From Amphiscolops sp. MND2022 (Eukaryota): a stretch of 64,000 nucleotides of DNA. The notes beneath the pieces were generated by a model. The model was not told the origin of the DNA and searched no databases. It worked only from the letters and a program-made list of their open reading frames with translations. Shown piece after piece: positions 41,162-52,700 of the stretch. Every line of letters starts with the position of its first letter. Position 1 is the stretch's first letter. The DNA lies in the NCBI GenBank assembly GCA_964187785.1, contig OZ076409.1:30134001-30198000 (forward strand), in the 5' to 3' direction. The position numbers were made by a program, and so were the translations under genes.

Positions 41162-44100
41162 TTTTTAATATTTCTGCTTTAGCAGGAATATTATTGTAAC
41201 CTCAAACGTTCTACTTTTTTTCAGTACAAATTTTTCGGACGATCTGAATAATTCAGATATTTTGTTCGGCAGTGAGTGTAAGCGTGGGAAAGCTGCCGAC
41301 AACAATTCAATTCTAGTGCGATGGAACGAGCGAGTGGTAATTATCCATTCGCATGCTGACGTCATTAAGATGAAGCGAGCGAATGTTCGGAATTGTGCTT
41401 TCGTTGCCCCGAGTTATTGAGATGGTTAATTTTTCGTTCGTTGAGAGCTTCGCCTGCTTTCAAATGCGAATGCGAAACTTCGTCTACGCTTAGTAGTTAT
41501 ATTTTCTTTAGTCCGAGAAGAATTAAAGGCGGTGTAAACTTGTACAGTGATTACATGTAATTGTGCGCTAAATAATGATTGAACAGGAGTTTATTGATAT
41601 TCCAGATATGATTCTATTATTGAAAATAAAAAAGGAGTGTAGCGAACATTCTACGTCTGATTGGAAAATTGTTTTGAAAAACCGGCTTTTTACCATTGTT
41701 AACTTCCATAGGGGATAAGTTCTTTCGGTTTGAAAAATTGTTGATTATGTCCAGCATTTTAGTTTTTATTTGCCTTAAAGTCTCAAAATGGCTTACTTTA
41801 AGTGTACTTCCATAGGGAATAAGTTCTGTCGGTTTGAAAAATTGTTGATTATGTCCAACATTTTAGTTTTTTATTTGTCTTTAACTCTTAAAATGGTTTA
41901 CTTTAGTGTACTTCTATATGGAATAAGTTCTCTCGGTTTGAAAAAACTGTTGATTATTCCCAGCATTTTAAATTTTCAAATGTCTAATTCTCGAAATGGC
42001 TTACTCCAGTATACTTCGATAGGGGATAAGTTCTGTCGGTTTGAAAAATTGTTGATTAGGTCCAGCATTTAAGTCTTTAACTCTCAAAATGGCTTAGTTC
42101 AGTATACTTCCATAGGGGATAAGTTCTGCCGGTTTGGAAAATTGTTGATTATGTCAAGCATTTTAGGTTTTTATTCGTCTTTAACTCAAAATGGCTTACT
42201 TCAGTGTACTTCCATAGGGGATAAGTTCTGTCGGTTTGAAAAATTATTGATTATTTGCAGCATTTCAACTTTTCAAATGTCTTTAACTCTCAGAATTGCT
42301 TACTTCAGCGTACTTCCATAGAGGATAAGTTCTGTCGGTTTGAAAAATTATTGATTAGGTCCAGCATTTTAGTTTTTTATTTGTCTTTAACTCTCAAAAT
42401 TGCTCACTTCAGTGTACTTCTATATGGAATAAGTTTTGTCGGTTTTGAAAATTGTTGATTATTTCCTGCATTTTAGCTTTTCAAATGTCTTTAACTCTCA
42501 AAATGGCTTACTTCAGTATACTTCCATAGGGGATAAGTTCTGTCGGTTGGAAAAATTGTTGATTTTGTCCAGCATTTTGGTTTTTTATTTTTCTTTAATT
42601 TTCAAAATGACTCACTTTAGTGAACATCCATAGGTGATAAGTTCTGTCGTTTCTGAAAATTGTCGAATATTTCCAGCATTTTAACTTTTCAATTGTCTTC
42701 AACTCTCAAAATGGCTTACTTTAGTGTACTTCCATAGGAGATAAGTTCTCTCGGTTTGAAAAATTCTCGATTATTTCCTGCATTTCAGCTTTTCAAATGT
42801 CTTTAACTCTCAAAATGGCTTACTTCAGTATACTTCCATAGGGGATAAGTCGGTTTGAAAAATTGTTGATTATGTCCAGCATTTTGGTTTTTTATTTTTC
42901 TTTAACTCAAAATGACTCACTTTAGTGTACTTCCATAGGTGATAAGTTCTGTCGTTTCTAAAAATTGTTGAATATTTCCAGCATTTTAACTTTTCAATTG
43001 TCTGTAACTCTCAAAATGGCTTACTTTAGCGTACTTCCATAGGGGATAAATTCTCTCGGTCTGAAAAATTGTTGATTATTTCTAGCATTTTAACTTTTCA
43101 GAAGTCTTTAACTCTCAAAATGGCTTACTTCAGTATACTTCCATAGGGGATAAGTTCTGTCGGTTTGAAAAATTATTGATTATATCCAGCATTTTGGTCT
43201 CTTATTTTTCTTTAACTCTCAAAATGACTCACTTTAGTGTAATTCCAAAGGTGATAAGTTCCGTCGTTTCTAAAAATTGTTGAATATTTCCAGCATTTTA
43301 ACTTTTCAATTGTCTTTAACTCTTAAAATGGCTTACTTTAGTGTACTTCCGTAGGGGATAAGTTCTGTCGGTTTGAAAAATTGGTGATTATTTCCAGCAT
43401 TTTGGTTTTTTTATTTTTCTTTAACTCTCAAAATGACTCACTTTAGTGAACTTCCATAGGTGATAAGTTCTGTCGTTTCTGAAAATTGTCGAATATTTCC
43501 AGCATTTTAACTTTTCAATTGTCTTCAACTCTCAAAATGGCTGACTTTAGTGTACTTCCATAGGGGATAAGTTCTGTCGGTTTGAAAAATTGGTGATTAT
43601 TTCCAGCATTTTGGTTTTTTTTATTTTTCTTTAACTCAAAATGACTCACTTTAGTGAAATTCCAAAGATGATAAGTTCTGTCGTTTCTAAAAATTGTTGA
43701 ATATTTCCAGAATTTTAACTTTTCAATTGTCTTTAACTCTCAAAATGGCTTACTTTGGTGTACTTCCATGTGAGATAAGTTCTCTCTCGGTTTGAAAAAT
43801 TGTTGAATATTTTCAGCATTTTAACTTTTCAAATGTCTTCTCTCAAAATGGCTTACTTTAGTGTACTTCCATAGGGGATAAGTTCTCTCGTTTTGAAAAA
43901 TTGTTGATTATGTCCAGCATTTTAACTTATCAAATGTCTTTAACTCTCAAAATAGCTCATTTTAGTGTACTTCCATGGGGGATAAGTTCTGTCGGTTTGA
44001 AAAATTGTTGATTTTGTCCAGCAATTTAACTTTTCAAATGTCTTTAGCTCTCAAAATGGCTTACTTCAGTATACTTCCATAGGGGATAAGTTCTGTCGGT

Positions 44101-46050
44101 TTCAAAAATTGTTGATTAGGTCCAGCATTTTAGTTTTTTGGTTTTAACTCTCAAAATGGCTTACTTTAGTGTACTTCCATAGGGGTTAAGTTCTGCCGGT
44201 TTGGAAAATCGTTGATTATGTCAAGCATTTTAGGTTTTTATTTGTCTTTAACTCAAAATGGCTTATTTTAGTGTACTTCCATAGGGGATAAGTTCTCTCG
44301 GTTTGAAAAATTGTTGACTATTTGCAGCATTTTAACTTTTCAAATGTCTTCAACTCTCAGAATGGTTTACTTCAGTATACTTCCATAGGGGATAAGTTCT
44401 GTCGGTTTCAAAAATTGTTGATTAGGTCCAGCATTTTAGTTTTTTGGTTTTAACTCTCAAAATCGCTTACTTTAGTGTACTTCCATATGGGATAAGTTCT
44501 CTCGGTTTGAAAAATTGTTGATTATGTCAAGCATTTTAGCTTTTCAAATGTCTTTAACTCAAAATGGCTTACTTCAGTATACTTCCATAGGGGATAAGCT
44601 CTGTCGGTTTGAAAAATTGTTGATTATGTCCAGCATTTTAGTTTTTTGTTTTTAACTCTCAAAATGACTCACTTTAGTGTACTTCCATAGGGGATGAGTT
44701 CTGTCGGTTTCAAAAATTGTTGAATAGGTCCAGCATTTTAGTTTCTTGGTTTTAACTCTCAAAATGGCTTACTTTAGTGTACTTCCATAGGGGATAAGTT
44801 CTGCCGGTTTGGAAAATCGTTGATTATGTCAAGCATTTTAGGTTTTTATTTGTCTTTAACTAAAAATGGCTTACTTTAGTGTACTTCCATAGGGGATAAG
44901 TTCTCTCGGTTTGAAAAATTGTTGACTATTTGCAGCATTTTAACTTTTCAAATGTCTTCAACTCTCAGAATGGTTTACTTCAGTATACTTCCATAGGGGA
45001 TAAGTTCTGTCGGTTTCAAAAATTGTTGATTAGGTCCAGCATTTTAGTTTTTTGGTTTTAACTCTCAAAATGGCTTGCTTTAGTGTACTTCCATAGGGGA
45101 TAAGGTCTCTCGGTTCGAAAAATTGATTATTTCCAGCATTTCAACTTTTCAATTGTCTTTAACTCTCGAAATGGCTTACTTTAGTGTACTTCCATAGGGG
45201 ATAAGTTCTGTCGGTTTGAAAAATAATTGATTATGTCCAGCATTTTAGTTTTTGTTTGTTTTTAACTCAAAATGGCCTACTTTAGTGTACTTCCATGGGG
45301 GATAAGTTCTGAAAAATTGGTGATTATATCCAGCATTTTAGTTTTTTAAATGTCTAACTCTCCAAAGGTATTCGTTTCGAGTAATTTTTTAAAGGACCTG
45401 CTATGTTCGATTGAATAAGTATCGCTTATTTGCTGCATTTTGGTGAATAGTTTGTCTTTGTCTTATAAAACGGTTTTGTTTAGTATTTTTCAGTTTTTAT
45501 TGATTATTCTTTCGGTTCCTTGTGCAAATTTTGTCTTCCTCTGATTTGCTATTTGGTAATTTCACTACTACCATGATGTAGACACAATGTACTGAGTAAG
45601 ACGGGCCTAACCCAGCCTGCACAGTACGAGTGTCTACTGGGTTCTTAGTATTGGTTGACCTCTCGTGAAGCAGGTAGACCGTTACAGCTCTACTCTTCAA
45701 GAATCGGGTTGAGGTTAACCCTAGACTCCAGTAGACACTCAAAATCTCTTGCACAAGTACTGATTCGATGCGATTCCAGTCTTCACTTTTCTTCCCTCTT
45801 CGATTTAAATACCTCTACACTGACTATATGGCGGTATCACATGTATATTGTACAATTTCTCTACGTGGTATGGAATTACTGCAATAGTTTTAATCAATTG
45901 TTCTTGAAATTAACTAGCTTGCTCCGTCATTATTTTTTACTTTTGCTGACTTCTCTTTTGTCTTGGAAATAGTTTTTCTGGCTATCGTTTTTTTGCTTCT
46001 GAAAGGGTATAAAGCAGAAATAATCGTGTGCCCCGGAGGGGCCTATTTTT
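41162..46050 (+). mobile_element. 4.9-kb Helentron/DINE-1-like non-autonomous element inserted in an array unit
   Basis: Interrupts CCATTTTTTAATCTG inside the T-run with no TSD; 12-bp sub-TIR TATTTCTGCTTT (41169) / AAAGCAGAAATA (46011); 5' hairpin; 3' hairpin GCCCC-GGA-GGGGC (46030-46042). Confidence 0.85.
41695..45360. repeat. ~104-bp satellite, about 35 copies
   Basis: CTTCCATAGGGGATAAGTTCTGTCGGTTTGAAAAATTGTTGATT recurs at 41703, 41807, 41911, 42014 and onward. Confidence 0.97.
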
Positions 46051-46978
46051 TAATCTGATCTGCTAAAGGTTCATCCCTGTCACCTGACTTATATTCGAGA
46101 GGTCTGATGACATGATACGCATCTTGACCAAGAATGACCTTGACATCACCTATTGAGATTTTTATATCCGTCAAGTCGGTCAAGTAAGCATAGTTCCTTC
46201 ATATTTGTGAGTCATAATTTTTGTCACCGACATTCAAGTTTAGATGACTGCAGAATGTAAGTTCCTCTCCCGCAGTTTCTGTTTCGCTAGGACCAATTCT
46301 GGTTTTAACAATTTCGGTTTTCATATCAGATAGCCCACGAATTCCAGGTACTGACATATACATATTCTTTCCCTTTCAATTTCAAAAGGTCAACCAATGT
46401 TTGGTCCACAAACGATACAGTGGAACCGGTATCACAGACACCTATCATCTCAACGCTTTTCTGATTTCCGATTGAAATTGGTGTTAATTGTAAGAAACCA
46501 CCACCTCCCGCTGTGAGCAGCAGTAAAGTAACTGCCGGCCCTGTTTTGAGACAGGGATTCTTCAAATTTCTTGTCCTTTTCTGTTTTGGGAGAGTCCAAA
46601 TGCAAAATCTTATGTTAGTGCATCCACTTTCTCCACAAACTCTTTTTGATTCACATTCTTTCATCAAATGTGAGTTTGAGCAACAAAAGCAAAGTTTCAG
46701 TTTCCTCGACGTTCCAAATCTTTCATTACCACTTAGTTGTTTCAACATAATACACATCCAAAAATTTCCTCAAGGATCAAAAACTGAGGAAACAGAAGAT
46801 AATACACGTTATGTGATATTTTTCGGACTTTTTTCGCTAGGGCCTCGACATACTTGCAGACAATCTTTTTTGAATATCCACTCCAGACATAGAATAGATG
46901 ATTCTGCGTTAAGCGTGAATTCGTTCGCTTCTAATCGATCTTCTACTGGTATTATTTGTAAAACTTCCGGACAGTTGC

Positions 46979-47692
46979 TGTTGACGTGGAACTCAATGAA
47001 TGTAAAAACAGTCGAATAAATTGATGTGAATTGATGAACGATGAAATTCAGACTACTAGACTGTCTAGTTTTAACAAAGGCTTTCGCAATGAAGCAAGAC
47101 AATTTCAGGCTAGATACATTTCGTACCAGTAATTGTTTACAAATAAGTTACGTCATTTCACTACTTCAGTCGATCTATCACATTCCCCTTTTTTGGGTAC
47201 AAACACAATTTAAAACAAATATAGTTAATGTAGTCGTGTAACTGTAGAATAACTGAAAAACTTAAAATTACACAAATTAAAAGTTGGCATTGTTTTACTG
47301 TCTCTTGCTTGCCCTGATGGCCAGCTAGTTAGCTTCTTTCTTCGGCCACTTATCGCTACTTGTAAGATCAAACCACTTGTCCCAATCCATCGGTGGGTTT
47401 GCGACCGCCTCGCTCCAGAATACTGGTAATCCGACGAGATGAGAAGATGATGATGAAGAAATCGCTGAATTTTCAGCTCGCAGCGCCATGTTGACGTGGA
47501 ACTCAATGAATGTAAAAACAGTTGAAGGAATTGATGTGAATTGATGAACGATGAAATTTAGACTACTAGACTGTCTAGTTTTAACAAAGGCTTTCGCAAT
47601 GAAGCAAGACAATTTCAGGCTAAATACATTTCGTACCAGTAACTGTTTACAAATAAGTTACGTCATTTCGCGACTTCAATCGCTCTATCACA
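46979..47692 (-). mobile_element. 714-bp non-autonomous LTR retroelement (TRIM-like, probably Gypsy-derived)
   Basis: Two 204-bp LTRs (46979-47182, 47489-47692) with TGT...ACA ends; 5-bp TSD GTTGC; PBS TGGCGCTGCGAGC next to the 5' LTR; PPT AAAAAAGGGGAA next to the 3' LTR. Confidence 0.92.
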
Positions 47693-49596
47693 GTTGCTAA
47701 CCCATTTTTTCAATGTGAACCACCACGTTTGAGCGTTTTGACCAACTCTAGTATCACGAGATATCAGGCTGGAGACTACCAACACTTTTAACAAGCTCGT
47801 CCATATAGAAGTTTCTTCCAATGGTTAACGGTGCTGAAGGAAAATCAACTTTCTTCTCTTCTGCTTTTTTGGAACCCGTACTTTGCACAGATTGGAGATC
47901 TTTTTGCCTCGATAACGTGCCTGATACCTCAGAAACTCCATTATTGTCGTCATGGTCATCTCAAATGACAACGAAGTACTTTGCAATGATCTTTGGCAAC
48001 TGCTGCTTGCAAAAACATGGACTCAATATCAGCAGTTATCGCTGTTTGATTTTCGCTAAACCCGAAAACAATTACCACTGAGTCGCGCAAGAAATGAGGT
48101 CCGCTGAGAAGTTTGTCATTCAGCGAAACGCTTTTGATGAAGCTTCATTACAAACTCTTCTGACCTTGCCTGGCTTGTGTGGATGCTTGACAGGATGATG
48201 AGGTGAATACAATTGCATATAATTCTCTGTACTTACCACTTTGTTACAGTTTTTGTACAAAATGATTTTCCATGTCCTCTGGTGGCTTTGTTAGCTTCTT
48301 TCAAATCTGGATCCTTGCCTAATCTTTTATCCATTGACAGAAACTGTTGGTACGCAGAATAATAGTTATTCGGGAGATTGGGATTGTCGTCGGCCCGGAG
48401 ACGTCCTACTTCATAACGTTCGCCGTTATGCCTTGTTGTGTTTTCCAAGATCACTTGAGCTTTTTTCTTCCTTAGATAGTCCGGAGACATAACGTACAGA
48501 TGTACAGACGCGTAAGTCTCCGTGTCCCACCAATTTTTAGTCTGATCTGCTAAAGGATCAGATGGCATGGCACCGAAAGATTACAAGAAACTGCCATAGA
48601 GTTTTGGGTGATGCTCCATTGACTGTCCGTCCTCACGGGGTTTCGACCGCCCAAGGTTCATTCCTGTCACCTGATTTTTTTTCGAGAGGTCTGATGACGT
48701 GATACGTATCTTGACCAAGAATGACCTTGGCATCAGCCTCTGAGAATTTTATATCCGTCACATCGGTCAAGTAAGCATAGTTCATATTTGTGAAGTCATA
48801 GTTTTTGTCATCGACATTCAAGTTTGGATGACTGTAGAATCTCAATTCTTCTCCCGCAATTTCTGTTTCGCTAGGACCAATTCTGATTGTAACAATTTCG
48901 GTTATCGTATCAGATAGCCCACGAATTCCATGTACTGACATTACAGATTCTTTCCCTTTCAATTCCAAAAGGTCAACCAATGTTTGGTCCACAAACGATA
49001 CAGTGGAATCGGTATCACAGAGCTATCGTCTCAACGCGTCTTTTTTCCGATTGAATTTGGTATCAACTGTAAGAAACCACCACCTCCCGCTGTGAGCAGT
49101 GAAGAACTGCCGCCCCGGTTTTGAGACGGGGATTCTTCGGATTTCTTGTCCTTTCCTGTTTTGGTTTTGGGAGAGTCCAAATGCAAAAGCTTGTTATGTT
49201 TCTTTGTGCATCCACTTACTCCACAAACTCGTTCAGATTTACAGTCTTTCAGCAAATATGAGTTTGCGCAACAAAAAGGAAGTTTCATTTGCCTCAACCT
49301 TTCATATTTTTCATTAACAATTAGTTGTTTCACCATAGTACACGTCCAAAATTTCCCATGGGGTCAAAAACTGAGGAAACAAAAAATAACACTACACGGT
49401 GAGTGATATTTTGTGGACTTTCTTCGCTAGGTCCTTGGCATACTTGCAGACAATCTTTATTGAATATCCACTCCAGACATAGATTAGGAAATGATTCTGT
49501 GTAAAGCGTGAATTCGTTCGCTTCTAATCGATCATCTACAGTGGTTATTTGTAAAACTTCCGGACAATTGCTAGCCCATTTCTTTAACGTGAACTA

Positions 49597-49774
49597 CAGT
49601 TTAACTTCAGTATCACACACGTGCACTATAGTGTAACCTTCGAGATAACGCACATATTTTGTGCCCCCGTGTTTGGTTTTCATCATTTGGTCTTTTTCGC
49701 TTATAACACACACTTCAGAATAACGTACTTGAGCGTTTTCTCCCAACGAGGAGTGTAATACTGAAGTTAAACGG
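49597..49774. mobile_element. 178-bp MITE, Tc1/mariner-pogo type
   Basis: TA|CAGTTTAACTTCAGTATCACAC...GTGTAATACTGAAGTTAAACGG|TA: 22-bp TIR with 2 mismatches; empty site GAACTACTACG in neighbouring units. Confidence 0.9.
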
Positions 49775-52700
49775 TACTACGTTTGAGCGTTTTCATCCAC
49801 TCTAGTAACACGAAATAGCAGGCTGGGGACTACCAAAACTTTTAACAAGCTCGTCCATATAGAAGGTTCTTTCAATGGTTAACGGCGCTGAAGGAAAATC
49901 AACTTTATTCTCTTCCGCCTTGTTGGAACCCGTACCTTGCACAGCTTGGAGATCTTTTTGCCTCGATCACGTGCCTGTTACCTCAAAAACTTCATTATTG
50001 TCGTCATGATCATTTCCAATGACAACGAAAAACTTTGCAACGTTCTTTGGCAACCGCAACTTGCAAAAACATGGACTCAATATCAGCAGTTATCGCTGTT
50101 TGATTTTCGCTAAACCTGAAAACAATTACCACTAAGTTGCGCAAGAAATGAGGTCCGATGAGAAGTTTGTCATTCAGCGAAACGCTTTTGAACTTTGAAG
50201 CTTCATTACAAATTCTTCTGACCTTGCCTGGCTTGTGTGGATGCTCGACAGGATGATGAGGTGAATACCATTGCATATCATTCTCTGTACTTACCACTTT
50301 GTTCCAGTTTCCGTACAAAATGATTTTCCAAGTCCTCAATGGTGGCTTTGTTAGCTTCTTTCAAATCTGGATCCTTGCCTAATCTTTTATCCATTGACAG
50401 AAACTGTTGGTACGAAGAATAATATTTATTCGGAAGAATGGGATTGTCGTCGGCCCGGAGACGTCTCACTTCATAACGTTCGCCGTTATGCCGTGTTGTG
50501 TTTTCAAGATCACTTGAGCTCTTTTTTCTTCCTCCTGAGACATCACATACAGGCGTACAGACTCGTAAGTCTCCATGTCCCACCATTTTTTAATCTGATC
50601 TGCCGAAAGATCAGATGGCATGGCACCGAAAGATTACAAGAAACTGCCATGCGGTTTTGGGTGATGCTCCATTGACTGTCCATCCTCAGGAGGTTTCGAA
50701 TGCCCAAGGTTCATTCCTGTCACCTGACTTATATTCGAGAGGTCTGATGACATGATACGCATCTTGACTAACAATGACCTTGGCATCAACTTGAGATTTT
50801 TATATCCGTCAAGTCGGTCAAGTAAGCATAGTTCCTTCATAATTGTGAGTGATAATTTTTGTCACCGACATTCAAGTTTAGATGACTGCAGAATGTCAAT
50901 TCCTCACCCGCAGTTTCTGTTTCGCTGGGACCAATTCTGATTTTAACAATTTCGGTTATCATATCGGATAGCCCACGAATTCCAGGTAATAATATATACA
51001 GATTCTTTCCCTTTCAATTTCAAAAGGTCAACCAATTTTTGGTCCACAAACGATACAGTGGAACCGGTATCACAGACACCTATCATCTCAACGCTTTTCT
51101 GCTTTCCGATTGAAATTGGTATTAATTGTAAGAAACCACCACCTCCCGCTGTGAGCAGCAGTAAAGTAACTGCCGGCCCTGTTTTGAGACAGGGATTCTT
51201 CAAATTTCTTGTCCTTTTCTGTTTTGGGAGAGTCCAAATGCAAACTCTTGTTATGTTAGTGCATCCACTTACTCCGCAAACTCTTTTTGATTCACATTCT
51301 TTCATCAAATGTGAGTTTGAGCAACAAAAGCAAAATTTCAATTTCCTCAACGTTCCAAATCTTTCATTAACACTTAGTTGTTTCAACATAATACAAATCC
51401 AAAAATTTCCTCAAGGATCAAAAACTGAGGAAACAAAAGATAATACACGTTGAGTGATATTTTGCGGACTTTTTTTCGCTAGGTCCTCGGCATACTCGCA
51501 GACAATCTTTATTGAATATCCACTCCAGACATAGATTAGATGATTCTGTGTTAAGCGTGAATTCGTTCGCTTCTAATCGATCTTCTACAGTGATTATTTG
51601 TAAAACTTCCGGACAATTGCTAGCCCATTTCTTTAATATGAACTACTACGTTTGAGCGTTTTCACCCACTCTAGTAACACGAATTAGCAGTCTGAGGGCC
51701 ACCAACACTTTTAGCAAGCTCGTCCATATAGACGTTTCTTGCAATGGTTAACGGTGCTGAAGGAAGATCAACTTTATTCTCTTCCTCCTTGTTGGAACCG
51801 GTACTTTGCACAGGTTGGAGAACTTTTTGACCAGAGCACGTTCCTGTTTTACTCCAACTCCAATATTGTCGCCATGATCATCTCCAATGAAAACGAAATA
51901 CTTTGCAATGTTCTTTGGCAACCGCTACTTGCAAAAACAGGGACTCAATATCAGCAGTTATCGCTATTTGATTTTCTCTAAACCTGGAAATAATTCCTAA
52001 GTTGCGCAACAAATGAGGTCCGTTGAGAAGTTTGTCATTCAGCGAAACGCTTTTGAACTTTGAAGCTTCATTACAAACTCTTCTGACCTTGCCTGGCTTG
52101 TGTGGATGCTCCACAGGATGCTGAGGTGAATACCATTGCATATCATTCTCTGTACTTACCACTGTTTTCAGTTTTTGTACAAAATGACTTTCCAAGTCCT
52201 CAATGGTGGCTTTGTAAGCTTCTTTCAAATGTGGATCCTTGCCTAATCGTTTATCCATTCACAGAAACTGTTGGTAACCAGAATAATAGTTATTCGGGAA
52301 ATTGGGATTGTCGTCAACCCGGAGACGTCGCACGTCATAACGTTCGCCGTTATGCCGTGTTGTGTTTTCAAGATCACTTGAGCTCTTTTTTCTTCCTTAG
52401 ATCGTCCTGAGACATCACATACAGACGCGTAAGTCTCCATGTCCCACCATTTTTAAATCTGATCTGCTAAAGGATCAGATGGCATCGAAAGATTACAAGA
52501 AACTGCCATACAGTTTTGGGTGATGCTCCACTGACTGTCCATCCTCAGGAGTTTTCGACCGCCCAAGGGTCATTTCTGTCACCTGACATATTTTCGAGAT
52601 GTCTGATGACGTGATACGCATCTTGGCCAAGAATGACCTTCGCATCAGCTATTGAGAATTTTATATCCGTCAAATCGGTCATGTAAGCATAGTTCATATT

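Noticed and set aside
41695..45360. CRISPR-like array
   Set aside because: Whole monomers repeat with no unique spacers, no cas genes, eukaryotic context.
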